Notes: a model not told the origin generated them from the letters alone. Counted from the first letter of the stretch, positions 1 to 8,652 are shown. The stretch is 64,000 nt of DNA from an uncultured Bacillales bacterium (GCA_937874465.1 CALNAX010000016.1:8992-72991); one strand, 5' to 3'. Translations and numbers: made by a program.

Positions 1-872
1 GTTTCAAGATCGTATGGCTGCTCAGACATAAACTTGAGATTCTTGGTTTGGAGGTCTTCGACGAAGGTCCCGATCCTGTCTTTGGGAACCCTGACGGTTA
101 CCTGGCAATAGACGGGTTGATCCCTTATGATGGCAAAAGGAGAAGAGGCCTTGAAAGACCGGTAATCCCCTTCCGCCTTGAATTCGATCTTGAAATCCCT
201 CTCGTTCCGCTTCCTTATGGCCTTGAGATCGGCGATGTCGAGCAAACGGCCTTTGCTTATCAATGCCACCCTGTCGCATACCGCCTCGAGTTCCTCGTAG
301 GTGTTGGAAGACATCACTATCGTCTTTCCCTCTTGCTTTTCCTCGGCCATTATCTTCAGAAACTCATCTCTCATCAAAGGATCGAGACCGGTGGTAGGCT
401 CGTCCATTATCAAGATTTTTGGGTTAGCCACCAGGGCAAGGACTATTGCCGTTTTCTGCTTCATGCCCTTGCTCATCCTTTTGGGATAGGCCCTTATATC
501 CAGCTGAAGCCGCTTTATCAGGGAATCAGCCAATCTCGTGTTGGCTGCCCCCTTCATCTTTCCGTATGTCTTCAGAAATTCGCTCCCGGTCTTTATGTCG
601 GGAAAGTTGATCTCGCCAGGGACATAGCCGATCAGGTTCTTGGTGAGATAAGCCTGCCTATACGAATCCAGGCCGTCAATGGTTATCTTTCCCCTGTCCG
701 GTCTTACGAACCCCATCATCTGTCTTATCAAAGTGGTTTTCCCGGCTCCGTTTTCGCCGACGAGACCGAAGGCCTCCCCGGGGGCTATCGAAAAATCGAT
801 GCCGAAATTGCCACGTTCTTGACCGTAGTCCTTGGTTACGTGACTGACTGTTATTTCGCTGGCCATGGTCAT
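1..872 (-). CDS. ABC transporter ATP-binding protein, 3-prime end beyond the left window edge (absent from the ORF track because no stop lies inside the window)
   Basis: Own minus-strand translation from ATG at 872: MTMASEITVSHVTKDYGQERG... Walker A GENGAGKTT, signature-like MSKGMKQK, Walker B ILIMDEPTTGLD. ATGA start/stop overlap with the upstream ATPase gene. Frame stays open to position 1. Confidence 0.85.
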   Translation of the reverse strand, partial: MTMASEITVSHVTKDYGQERGNFGIDFSIAPGEAFGLVGENGAGKTTLIRQMMGFVRPDRGKITIDGLDSYRQAYLTKNLIGYVPGEINFPDIKTGSEFLKTYGKMKGAANTRLADSLIKRLQLDIRAYPKRMSKGMKQKTAIVLALVANPKILIMDEPTTGLDPLMRDEFLKIMAEEKQEGKTIVMSSNTYEELEAVCDRVALISKGRLLDIADLKAIRKRNERDFKIEFKAEGDYRSFKASSPFAIIRDQPVYCQVTVRVPKDRIGTFVEDLQTKNLKFMSEQPYDLE

Positions 873-1786
873 AGTCCTCCAAAGGTCCGGTCTTCTTTGT
901 AGAAACTCATGAAATAGTCTTCCAAGGTCAGCTTTATTTCCGAGAGGTCGTCGATGGCCAGGCCCTTCAACGACATCAGGAACGTGTTTATGTCCTCGTC
1001 CTCGACGTTTACTATCATCGCAAGATCCTTTTCGTCCCTATCCACGGCCTTGCTTTTGCCCTCCTGGCTGTTTGCGAAGGCGTCGTAGTCTTTCCGGTTC
1101 TTGAATCTCAGGCGATAGTTCTTCTTCTCATTATGCTTGATGACGTCCGAATCGATTATGGAGACTATTTTTCCATCCTTTATGACTGCTATCCTGTCGC
1201 AGCAGGAATCTATCTCGCTGAATATATGCGATGACATAAGGATTGTCTTTCCACGCTTCTTTTCCGCCTTTACCAATTCGATAAATACCTCCTGCATTTT
1301 GGGGTCGAGACCCGAAGAAGGCTCGTCCATTACCAAAATGTCGGGGTCTGACATGAAGGCCACCACGATGGTCAGTTTGCGCTTCATCCCCATGCTCATG
1401 TCCTTGCATCTTAGGGAAGTGTCAAGCTGAAACAAGGCCGTTAGCCAATCGGCGAAAGCATAATCGGAAAGCCCCTTTAGTTCGCTTTGTTCCTTTATGA
1501 ATTCCCGGCCCGTCAAAGCCCCTGGCAAGGAGATCTCCCCGGGAAGGTAGCCTACGTTTTCCAGCGCCTTGCTCCGATCCTTGACCGTTACCACCCCGTC
1601 TATGGCCGCGTAGCCTTTGTCGGGAGTCGAGAAGCCCATCAAATGGCGAATGGTTGTGGACTTGCCTGCCCCGTTAGGACCCAGAAAGCCAAAGCATTCA
1701 CCTTTATGTACCGAAAAGGATACCCCGAAGATACCTCTTCCCTGTCCATAGTCCTTGGTCAGATCATTAATAGCGATTCTATCCAT
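869..1786 (-). CDS. ABC transporter ATP-binding protein (first of two tandem ATPase genes)
   Basis: 305 aa. Walker A GPNGAGKST, signature-like MSMGMKRK, Walker B ILVMDEPSSGLD, SSH H-loop, plus a ~80-aa C-terminal accessory domain. Confidence 0.9.
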   Translation of the reverse strand: MDRIAINDLTKDYGQGRGIFGVSFSVHKGECFGFLGPNGAGKSTTIRHLMGFSTPDKGYAAIDGVVTVKDRSKALENVGYLPGEISLPGALTGREFIKEQSELKGLSDYAFADWLTALFQLDTSLRCKDMSMGMKRKLTIVVAFMSDPDILVMDEPSSGLDPKMQEVFIELVKAEKKRGKTILMSSHIFSEIDSCCDRIAVIKDGKIVSIIDSDVIKHNEKKNYRLRFKNRKDYDAFANSQEGKSKAVDRDEKDLAMIVNVEDEDINTFLMSLKGLAIDDLSEIKLTLEDYFMSFYKEDRTFGGL

Positions 1787-1806
1787 TGGTTTTAGCTTTA
1801 ATACTG

Positions 1807-1849
1807 TTGCATAGAAAGTTTACACTTGTGTATTATATATACGTTCGTA
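1807..1849. promoter_or_regulatory. Divergent promoter/operator region between the ABC operon and tetR
   Basis: TTGCAT (1807) - 18 nt - TATTAT (1831) upstream of tetR. Two short palindromes, TACACttGTGTA (1821-1832) and TACGttCGTA (1840-1849), overlap or flank the -10. Hand-read. Confidence 0.35.
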
Positions 1850-1888
1850 AATAAATAAAGGCATGATTTCCTTCCGAGGAGAAATGAA

Positions 1889-2479
1889 ATGAGAGCAGGC
1901 AAAGTTGAGGGAAAAACATCACTGAGGAGAGAGGATCCGCGGGTCTTGAGAAGCAAGAGAGATCTTGGGGACGCCCTTGAATATCTTCTTACGAAGAAGA
2001 ACTTCTCCGACATAACGATAAAGGAAATAGCCGATACGGCCATGGTAAGCAAATTGACCTTCTACAACAATTTTGCTGACAAGAATGATCTTTTGTCCTT
2101 CATCTTCACCAGGCGTATTGACCAAATGCGTGTCCCCATAACCAAATTCATCGCCACCCATCACGACGTGAAGGAGATATATGGCTTTTGCATCAGGGAA
2201 GTGGTCGGCTTTTTCTACAATGTGTCCAACCAGCTGAAGGAAGTGGTGGCCAACGACAAATCGCGCACCTTCTATTGGACGCTGGCGGGGTTCATAGAGA
2301 AAGTGTTGGAGGATGCCGCCGAAAAGTTCGGATCGAAGGTGGGCCTTGACGTTCCCAAGGAGTTGGTGGGGTCGTTCTACGCCGGGGCGATATCCAATAC
2401 CCTCTATAAATTTGCCTCAAAGTTGAATTCCATCAAGGAAAAGGAGATGGAAGAATACATCACCAAGATGGTCAGTTGA
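1889..2479 (+). CDS. TetR/AcrR family transcriptional regulator
   Basis: 196 aa. N-terminal HTH ITIKEIADTAMVSKLTFYNNFADKNDLL is typical of TetR. GAGGAG lies just upstream of the ATG. Divergent from the ABC ATPase genes. Confidence 0.85.
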   Translation: MRAGKVEGKTSLRREDPRVLRSKRDLGDALEYLLTKKNFSDITIKEIADTAMVSKLTFYNNFADKNDLLSFIFTRRIDQMRVPITKFIATHHDVKEIYGFCIREVVGFFYNVSNQLKEVVANDKSRTFYWTLAGFIEKVLEDAAEKFGSKVGLDVPKELVGSFYAGAISNTLYKFASKLNSIKEKEMEEYITKMVS

Positions 2480-2725
2480 CCAATGACCCACTTTTTGAAT
2501 CGACAGGATAAGCCATTGAGATACCCTAGATTTTCGACAATTGCCTGAAATAGGCCGACCCTTAAAACAGCCATCATGAAAGGCCTTGTCGCAAGAAAGG
2601 CACTCAGCACCGGTTATTGTAATGTTGCATTCGTTTCTTCCTCCCATATCTATGGGATCAGGCAGGTTTCCGCTTGCATTTTCGGCTTTGGGAAACCGCT
2701 CAGACAAGAAAACGATTCATGCAGC

Positions 2726-2754
2726 AAAAAAGCCAACCCTTTGGGGGGTTGGCC
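2726..2754 (-). terminator. Rho-independent terminator downstream of tRNA-Asn
   Basis: Minus strand: GCCAACCC-cccaaa-GGGTTGGC followed by TTTTTT. Confidence 0.6.
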
Positions 2755-2775
2755 TTATCGAACTGTTTATCTAAG

Positions 2776-2851
2776 TGGCGCTTACTGTAAGACTCGAACT
2801 TACGACCGCCCGGTTAACGGCCGGGAGCTCTACCAACTGAGCTAAGTAAGC
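2776..2851 (-). tRNA. tRNA-Asn (anticodon GUU)
   Basis: 76 nt with a canonical cloverleaf. Acceptor GCTTACT/AGTAAGC, D stem GCTC/GAGC, anticodon stem CCCGG/CCGGG, loop CCGTTAA, T arm GTAAG-TTCGAGT-CTTAC, discriminator G, encoded CCA. Confidence 0.9.
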
Positions 2852-2866
2852 ATGACAGCGAAGTGT

Positions 2867-2895
2867 ATTTTAGCAACCTACGGTTAAGGTTGCAA
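2867..2895 (-). promoter_or_regulatory. Sigma-70-type promoter for tRNA-Asn
   Basis: Minus strand: TTGCAA - 17 nt - TAAAAT, about 15 nt upstream of the tRNA 5-prime end. Confidence 0.5.
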
Positions 2896-2913
2896 TATAA
2901 AAGAGGCTGTTTG

Positions 2914-2942
2914 TTGAAGGGCCATGGCAACGCCACTATAAT
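2914..2942 (+). promoter_or_regulatory. Sigma-70-type promoter for the 2998 gene
   Basis: TTGAAG - 17 nt - TATAAT. This places the transcription start downstream of the ORF-track start at 2863 and supports the ATG at 2998. Confidence 0.5.
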
Positions 2943-2997
2943 TTGTAAGGCAAAGAAGATAGGCTTAGGATGCCTAATTCATAGAGAGGATGCAAAG

Positions 2998-4734
2998 ATG
3001 AACGACGCGGGAGTCATGCTTTTGTTTACTTTGCTTCCCACCATAGTGGGATTCATCGTCGTCACCGTCCTGATCACCTGGACGTTGCTTTCCAATCCCA
3101 CCCGTCATTTCCTTAACAGGCATGATGCGAACGTCCGCTATTATTACTTCGATTCGCGGGTTGGGAAAATAACCGGGTTCGACAGCAAGGACATGGGTTC
3201 GTTAAAGACCAGCGATCTCTCGGACTTTGCGAAGCAGTTTGACTTCGGCAAGGGCATTGGCGAAGGCAGGAGGGTAGCGGATTGGCTCAATGCCTTGCTG
3301 AAGGCGAATTCCGCCCCCCTCTACTACCGCACCTCGGCCTTTTTCAATTTCCACCGCCAGAAGAAGGAAATCCTTTTGATAGTGACCAACATCAATAGGG
3401 AAAAGGGAATAGTCCACTTCGAATCACGCATACTACCCAACATCTCCTTGGCAAAATATTCTTCAAGCGGCGACATCCGCCACCATTTCCTTACCTACGG
3501 TGATTACCTTAGGCGCTTTAGGGGGATACTTTCACGCAAACGCCTTACCTGGTTCTTCTATGTGGGTTTGGTTCCCAACCCCCAAAGCATTCGCTTCGTT
3601 TCCGAGAAATCCCAAAAGGATTACATAATGACCCTCCTTGCCGATCGCCTCGCCGAACATCTGTTTTGCAAGGATGGCTACATAGTGCTTTTGGACAATC
3701 TCTCGATGCTTTTCATCTCCTTCCGTGAATTCAGCGACGAGAATGCCAAGAGGACCGGAGCGGACATCAGGGAAATGGTCCTAAGCTTTCTTCTCGCCAA
3801 TGGCCTCGAAGACCATTATTCGATTAAGATTGGCCTTTCCTGCCATAGGGAAAACACTTCCATCAAAGTCTTGCGCGATTATGTCAACGAGAGTCAGGAG
3901 GCATCGGAGGGGGATTCGGGGAAGGGACTTCCTCCAATCTTCGATTCCTCGCTAAAGCTCTCCTCGGTCCAGGACAATCGGGTGACGGCGATTAAGAAGA
4001 TTATCACCAAGGATATGTGGCGAATCTATTACAAGCCCATTTTCAATCTCATCAATGGCTTTCCGGTTCTCTATGAGCTTAAGGTGATTCCCTTCGGCTA
4101 TGAATTGGGCGGCAACAGCATCGATGATTTCCTTGGAAGTGCCTGGCGGTATGGGTTGCTGAAGGATCTTGCAAACAGGGTGATCAAAGATGTCATGGCC
4201 CGAGCCAATTACACCGCCGCATCCAAGAACATCCTTGTTCCGATGCGTTTGGCTTATGTCGACACCCTAAGTCAGTTCAATGCCAAATGGCCGAGCAACA
4301 TCAAGTTGTCGCTGGCCTTCTTTGAAAAGGACATCGCGATCTACGAGGGGCCTAAACTCCAGGAAATACTGCAAACTATCGGCAGACTGGGCATTGGAGT
4401 CTACCTCATGCTTGACGGGACGGGGGGGCTGGACGACAAGACGGTGAAGATGTTCTCGGGCTTGATAATAAAGAGGAGCCCGGGTCCGGTATGGACCGCC
4501 GATGACAGACTAAATACCCTGGTTACCATCAATTCCCTCAGGAAATACGGCAAGCCCATTGCCGTCAATGGCCTGATGAGCGAGGACGAGTGCTATTTCG
4601 TCAAGGCCTATGGTGTCGATTATGCCTATTCTCCCGCCCTTTGCCCACCCAGTTCCTATCCCGAGACCCTCGACTCCGATGGCAAGGCCTTGATCGTCAG
4701 ACTTAACCAAAGCCATGTCCTCCAGCGTTTCTAA
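2998..4734 (+). CDS. Membrane-anchored signalling-type protein with degenerate GGDEF-like and EAL-like domains
   Basis: Start chosen at MNDAGVMLLFTLLPTIVGFIVVTVLITW (GAGAGGA upstream), which gives an N-terminal TM helix. C-terminal half is EAL-like: YYKPIF..LYELKV, LVPMRLAY, LSLAFFEKD, LMLDGTGG, IIKRS, AVNGLMSEDE. Middle region is GGDEF-like with LDNLS in place of GGDEF. Confidence 0.55.
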   Translation: MNDAGVMLLFTLLPTIVGFIVVTVLITWTLLSNPTRHFLNRHDANVRYYYFDSRVGKITGFDSKDMGSLKTSDLSDFAKQFDFGKGIGEGRRVADWLNALLKANSAPLYYRTSAFFNFHRQKKEILLIVTNINREKGIVHFESRILPNISLAKYSSSGDIRHHFLTYGDYLRRFRGILSRKRLTWFFYVGLVPNPQSIRFVSEKSQKDYIMTLLADRLAEHLFCKDGYIVLLDNLSMLFISFREFSDENAKRTGADIREMVLSFLLANGLEDHYSIKIGLSCHRENTSIKVLRDYVNESQEASEGDSGKGLPPIFDSSLKLSSVQDNRVTAIKKIITKDMWRIYYKPIFNLINGFPVLYELKVIPFGYELGGNSIDDFLGSAWRYGLLKDLANRVIKDVMARANYTAASKNILVPMRLAYVDTLSQFNAKWPSNIKLSLAFFEKDIAIYEGPKLQEILQTIGRLGIGVYLMLDGTGGLDDKTVKMFSGLIIKRSPGPVWTADDRLNTLVTINSLRKYGKPIAVNGLMSEDECYFVKAYGVDYAYSPALCPPSSYPETLDSDGKALIVRLNQSHVLQRF

Positions 4735-4798
4735 CTTGCTTGGCGGGACTACAATATGTGAGTCAAAACTTCTTTGAAAGTTTAACAGGAAAGAAAAA

Positions 4799-6241
4799 AT
4801 GACCAAGAACGTTAACAAGAACGAAAGCATAACAAGTCAGGAAGAAAACTTCTCGCAATGGTATACCGACATTTGCCTCAAGGCGGGATTGATGGACTAT
4901 GCCAGGGCCAAGGGCTTCATCGTCTATAGGCCTTATGGCTATGCGATCTGGGAACTGGTCCGCAATTGGCTTGATGGCGAATTCAAGAAGACCGGCCACC
5001 ATGACGTCTACCTTCCGCTTTTGATACCCGAGTCCTTGATGGATGAAGAAAAGGAACACGTCAAAGGCTTTGCACCCGAGTGTGCGGTCGTGACCATCGG
5101 CGGCGACAAGCCGCTGACCGAGAAGATGTACGTCAGGCCAACCTCCGAGGTCCTTTTCTGCGATTACTTCAAGGACATCGTCCATTCCTTCAGGGATCTG
5201 CCTGTAAAGGACAACCAGTGGTGCTCGGTCGTCAGGTGGGAGAAGACCACCAGGCCCTTCCTTAGGGGAGCGGAATTCCTTTGGCAGGAAGGCCATACCC
5301 TGCATGCTACCAAGGAAGAGGCTTTGGATGAGACCTTGGGTCAGCTTAAGCTCTATGAGCGGCTTGGACGAGAGGTATTGGCCATTCCCTTCGAGACCGG
5401 CAAGAAGACCGAGAAGGAGAAATTCGCGGGCGCGGAGGCCACTTATACCGTCGAGGCCATAATGAAGGATGGCCAGGCCCTCCAATCCGGCACTTCCCAC
5501 TTCTTCGGACAGGGCTTCTGCCAGCATTTCGGCATCAAGTTCCTCGATAGCAACAACAAGCAGGAGACCCCCTGGCAGACTTCCTGGGGCGTCTCCACGC
5601 GTCTGATCGGTGCCGTGATAATGGTCCATGGCGATGACAACGGCTTGGTCTTGCCTCCCTATGTGGCTCCGATACAGGTGGAGGTGATACCCATTAGATT
5701 CGACAAGGATCCCAAGGTCAAGCAAGCGGCCTTGGATCTGGTGGAGGCCTTGACCAAGGAAGGCATAAGGGCGGAGGCTGATTTCTCCGACAAAACCCCC
5801 GGCTGGAAATTCAGCGAATACGAGATGAAGGGGGTGCCTTTGAGAATAGAGGTCGGTCCGCGTGACTTGGCCGCGGGCAATGTCGTTCTCACTCGGCGCT
5901 TCGACGGCGTTAAGCAAACCGTGGCGTTGAGCGGGGCGGCAAAGGCGGTGCCCACGGTCCTCAAGGACATTCATGAGGCCATGTATGCCAAGGCCTTGGC
6001 CTATCGCGATAGTCACATCCATGAATGCCATACCTATGGGGAATTGAAGGACGTGGTTACCACTGGCCAGGGTTATGCCAAGGTCATGTGGTGTGGCGAT
6101 CAGGCCGACGAGGACAAGGTGAAGGCGGATGTGAACGCCACTTCGCGCTGCCTGCCCTTCGACCAGACGCCATTCGACGATAAGTGCGCGATATGTGGCA
6201 AACCCGCTACTAAGGTCGTCTTGTTCGCCCGGGCTTATTGA
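4799..6241 (+). CDS. proS: Proline--tRNA ligase, archaeal/eukaryote-like type
   Basis: 480 aa. N-terminus FSQWYTDICLKAGLMDY.., class II motifs, no insertion (INS) editing domain, C-terminal extension ending in Tyr (..FARAY). Confidence 0.95.
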   Translation: MTKNVNKNESITSQEENFSQWYTDICLKAGLMDYARAKGFIVYRPYGYAIWELVRNWLDGEFKKTGHHDVYLPLLIPESLMDEEKEHVKGFAPECAVVTIGGDKPLTEKMYVRPTSEVLFCDYFKDIVHSFRDLPVKDNQWCSVVRWEKTTRPFLRGAEFLWQEGHTLHATKEEALDETLGQLKLYERLGREVLAIPFETGKKTEKEKFAGAEATYTVEAIMKDGQALQSGTSHFFGQGFCQHFGIKFLDSNNKQETPWQTSWGVSTRLIGAVIMVHGDDNGLVLPPYVAPIQVEVIPIRFDKDPKVKQAALDLVEALTKEGIRAEADFSDKTPGWKFSEYEMKGVPLRIEVGPRDLAAGNVVLTRRFDGVKQTVALSGAAKAVPTVLKDIHEAMYAKALAYRDSHIHECHTYGELKDVVTTGQGYAKVMWCGDQADEDKVKADVNATSRCLPFDQTPFDDKCAICGKPATKVVLFARAY

Positions 6242-6254
6242 AGGAGATATAAAA

Positions 6255-8045
6255 ATGTCAGAAAACGAATTCGATGAAAGGCTTTCCAAACTTCAGGCCC
6301 AGTTGAAGGCCGATGGAATAAAGGCCTATGTCGTCAATGTGACCGATCCTCACCAAACCGAGGAAGCCGCCGATCGCTATTCGCTTGAGCGGAGGCTTCT
6401 TTGCTCTTTCAAGGGCTCCGATGGTGTCTTGCTCGTGACCCAGGACCATTCATACCTGTATGCCGATGGCCGCTATTGGGTCGAAGCCTTGGATGAGCTA
6501 AAGGGAACCAGGACCGAGTTGGTGAAGATGGGCGATTTTGGTGTCCCTTCCCTTCAGGACTTCCTTATCGATAACAACCTGTTCCCGTTGGCATTCGATT
6601 TTTCCACCTGTTCGGCAGTCGACTTCAAGAGGTTTGCCAAACTCGGGTCGGGCAAGATCGTCGATAAGTCCTATAGGGAATTGGTTGCCGGTAAGACTAA
6701 AGGATTCAAGTCAACACTTTGGAAAGTACCTCAGGAATTGCTTTCTACTACTTATGCGGACAGATTGAAAGCCGTCATCGATGAACTCAAGAAGGTAGGA
6801 GCTAGGTCCACATTGGTTTCTTCTTTGGATGATGTGGCCTATATCCTTGGTTGGCGCGGCTATGACACGGTCTCTTCCCCTTTGTTCTACAGTTACCTTT
6901 ACATAAGGACCGATGGCACCGCTGACTTGTTCGTGAACGCCGACAAGGAGCCGGAAGATCTCTTGGGGCTCAAGATCCACCCCTACGATGACGTCTGGGC
7001 CTTCCTGCAGAAGGAAAACCGCAAGCCGGAGGCGACCTTGATAGATCCCTTGCGCACCAGCCAAAGGGCCTTGAACCTAATCAGGAAGCCGCTCTTGGCT
7101 CCCAATCCTTCGCAATTGCAGAAGTCCATCAAGGGTCCGGTGGAGATTGGGGAGACCAAGCGGATCCACGAACTGGATGCCTTGGCCGTCTTCCGCCTTT
7201 GGCATTGGGTTACTAAGCATATCGCAGAGAACGGGGAGACCTATACCGAATACCAGCTTGCCCAGATAGTGGATGGGTATAGAAGGGAAAGGAAGGAATG
7301 CTATGGCCTTTCGTTCCCGACCATCGCCGCCTTCCGTAGCAACGGCGCCATGATGCACTACATGCCTGACGAGAAGCATTCGGCCATCGTTGACAACAAA
7401 GGGATCGATCCTATCCTCTTGGTCGACTCCGGCGGGCAGTATTATGGCGGCACTACCGACATAACCAGGACTTGGTGCTTGGGAAAGGCCTCTGCTGAGT
7501 ACCGCAAGGACTTCAGCCTCACGGTCAAATCGGTCATGGACCTCGCTTCGTCTGTTTTCATCCAGGGCTGCTCTGGTATCGCCTTGGACATCAAGGCCAG
7601 GGAGAACATGTGGCGTGAAGGCATGGACTACAAATGCGGTACCGGTCATGGTGTAGGCTACATGCTGAACTGCCATGAGGGGCCCAACGGTTTCCGCTAC
7701 AAGATGGTACCCGAGAGAGACGACTCGCATGAGCTTATGCCCGGACAGATCCAGTCCGATGAACCGGGCGTATACAAAGCCGGCAAGTATGGCATAAGGA
7801 TCGAGAGCGAGATACTGGTGGTCCGCCACAGCCAGACTTCTGACGGTTTGTTCAATTCCTTTGAGAACATAACCTATTGCCCGATCCAAAGGGAGATGAT
7901 CGATCCCAAGTACTTCTCCGATTTCGAACTCGGCTACTTCAACGAATACCAAGCCCTTTGCCGCGAGAAACTTCTTCCTTTGGTCGAGAAGGACCAGGAA
8001 CTCAAGGACTTCTTAATCAAGGAGACCGAACCGGTCGTTCGTTGA
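6255..8045 (+). CDS. Xaa-Pro aminopeptidase (M24B, long three-domain form)
   Basis: Start at MSENEFDERL, preceded by AAGGAG. Creatinase/prolidase N-domains. M24 metal-ligand context HGVGYMLNCHEGP, SDEPGVY, GIRIESEILV. Confidence 0.85.
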   Translation: MSENEFDERLSKLQAQLKADGIKAYVVNVTDPHQTEEAADRYSLERRLLCSFKGSDGVLLVTQDHSYLYADGRYWVEALDELKGTRTELVKMGDFGVPSLQDFLIDNNLFPLAFDFSTCSAVDFKRFAKLGSGKIVDKSYRELVAGKTKGFKSTLWKVPQELLSTTYADRLKAVIDELKKVGARSTLVSSLDDVAYILGWRGYDTVSSPLFYSYLYIRTDGTADLFVNADKEPEDLLGLKIHPYDDVWAFLQKENRKPEATLIDPLRTSQRALNLIRKPLLAPNPSQLQKSIKGPVEIGETKRIHELDALAVFRLWHWVTKHIAENGETYTEYQLAQIVDGYRRERKECYGLSFPTIAAFRSNGAMMHYMPDEKHSAIVDNKGIDPILLVDSGGQYYGGTTDITRTWCLGKASAEYRKDFSLTVKSVMDLASSVFIQGCSGIALDIKARENMWREGMDYKCGTGHGVGYMLNCHEGPNGFRYKMVPERDDSHELMPGQIQSDEPGVYKAGKYGIRIESEILVVRHSQTSDGLFNSFENITYCPIQREMIDPKYFSDFELGYFNEYQALCREKLLPLVEKDQELKDFLIKETEPVVR

Positions 8046-8049
8046 CATC

Positions 8050-8079
8050 GGCAGCCCCGCAACGGCTGCTTTTTGTTTT
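8050..8079 (+). terminator. Rho-independent terminator after the aminopeptidase gene
   Basis: GCAGCC-ccgcaac-GGCTGC followed by TTTTTGTTTT. Confidence 0.6.
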
Positions 8080-8124
8080 CGTCATTCGAGTCAAGTGTCG
8101 TTTTGCTTTCGGAGGAATGCGACA

Positions 8125-8652
8125 ATGATTGAAGTCTCGCTTTATGAGCCGGAGATAGCAGGTAATGTCGGAAACATAATCCGTACGTGTCTTTGTTTGG
8201 GCGCTTCCCTTTCGATTATCGGATATACTCCCTTCGACATAACGGACAAGAGCCTCAAAAGGGCGGGGATGGATTACGCATTGGGGTTCCCGATAGTCAA
8301 GTATCCCGACATCGAGGCTTTCGACAAGGCCCATGTCGGCAAGATCGTCTACTACGTCACTCGCTATGGGGTCTCTTGCTATGCCAAGAGGGACTTGACC
8401 GGCGCTGGCAAAGACGTCTGCCTCATGTTTGGGCGCGAGTCGACCGGCATACCCAAGGAAGTGCTTAAGGACCACCTGGACATGACCGTGAGGATTCCGA
8501 TGGTTGCTGAGGCGCGGGCCCTTAACCTCGCGAACTCCGTGGCCATCGTCCTTAGCGAATGCCAAAGGCAGCGCGATTTCAAGGGTCTTTCTTACCTGGA
8601 AACGATAAAAGGCCCTGACTTTTTGAAAAACTGGAAACCAACGAACAAGTAA
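8125..8652 (+). CDS. trmL: SpoU-family tRNA (cytidine/uridine-2'-O)-methyltransferase, TrmL-like
   Basis: Start at MIEVSLYEPEIAGNVGNIIRTC (GGAGGA upstream). SpoU motifs GRESTGIP and LNLANSVAIVLSE. Confidence 0.8.
   Translation: MIEVSLYEPEIAGNVGNIIRTCLCLGASLSIIGYTPFDITDKSLKRAGMDYALGFPIVKYPDIEAFDKAHVGKIVYYVTRYGVSCYAKRDLTGAGKDVCLMFGRESTGIPKEVLKDHLDMTVRIPMVAEARALNLANSVAIVLSECQRQRDFKGLSYLETIKGPDFLKNWKPTNK

Noticed and set aside
48-902. 284-aa plus-strand ORF at the left edge.
   Set aside because: It is antisense to a clear ABC ATPase reading frame with Walker A/B and signature motifs that the ORF track missed, because that frame has no stop inside the window.
2417-2707. 96-aa Cys-containing minus-strand ORF, plus ORFs 2404-2610, 2576-2845 and 2586-2774 in the tetR / tRNA-Asn gap.
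   Set aside because: They overlap the tetR 3-prime end or the tRNA and terminator. They have no SD at the start and no recognisable family. The region is treated instead as unassigned, possibly an RNA.
2480-2725. Considered SRP (4.5S/scRNA), 6S RNA, tmRNA and RNase P RNA for this gap, and also for 10684-11598 and 51027-51300.
   Set aside because: I could not find the hallmark strings on either strand: the SRP helix-8 GGAAGCAG-type motif with GNAR loop, the tmRNA tRNA-like ends, or the RNase P GAGGAAAGUCC. Only a covariance-model search can settle it.
2863-2997. N-terminal 45 codons of ORF 2863-4734.
   Set aside because: A near-consensus promoter (2914-2942) lies inside this stretch. The ATG at 2998 has an SD and begins directly with the TM helix.
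4763-6289. 508-aa ORF running antisense across the whole of proS.
   Set aside because: Its frame is locked to the sense codons of a strongly conserved ProRS. Its L/G/R-rich composition is typical of shadow ORFs, which arise when TTA/CTA/TCA codons are avoided on the sense strand. It has no SD, and I recognise no family for it. An antisense aaRS idea (Rodin-Ohno) is tempting but unsupported.
7077-7952. 291-aa ORF antisense to the aminopeptidase gene. Similar long antisense ORFs lie at 14634-15401, 21655-22599, 23345-24136, 34892-35539, 43619-44509 and 55087-55686.
   Set aside because: All lie opposite well-supported conserved genes, lack SDs and have shadow-ORF composition. They reflect codon bias rather than genes.
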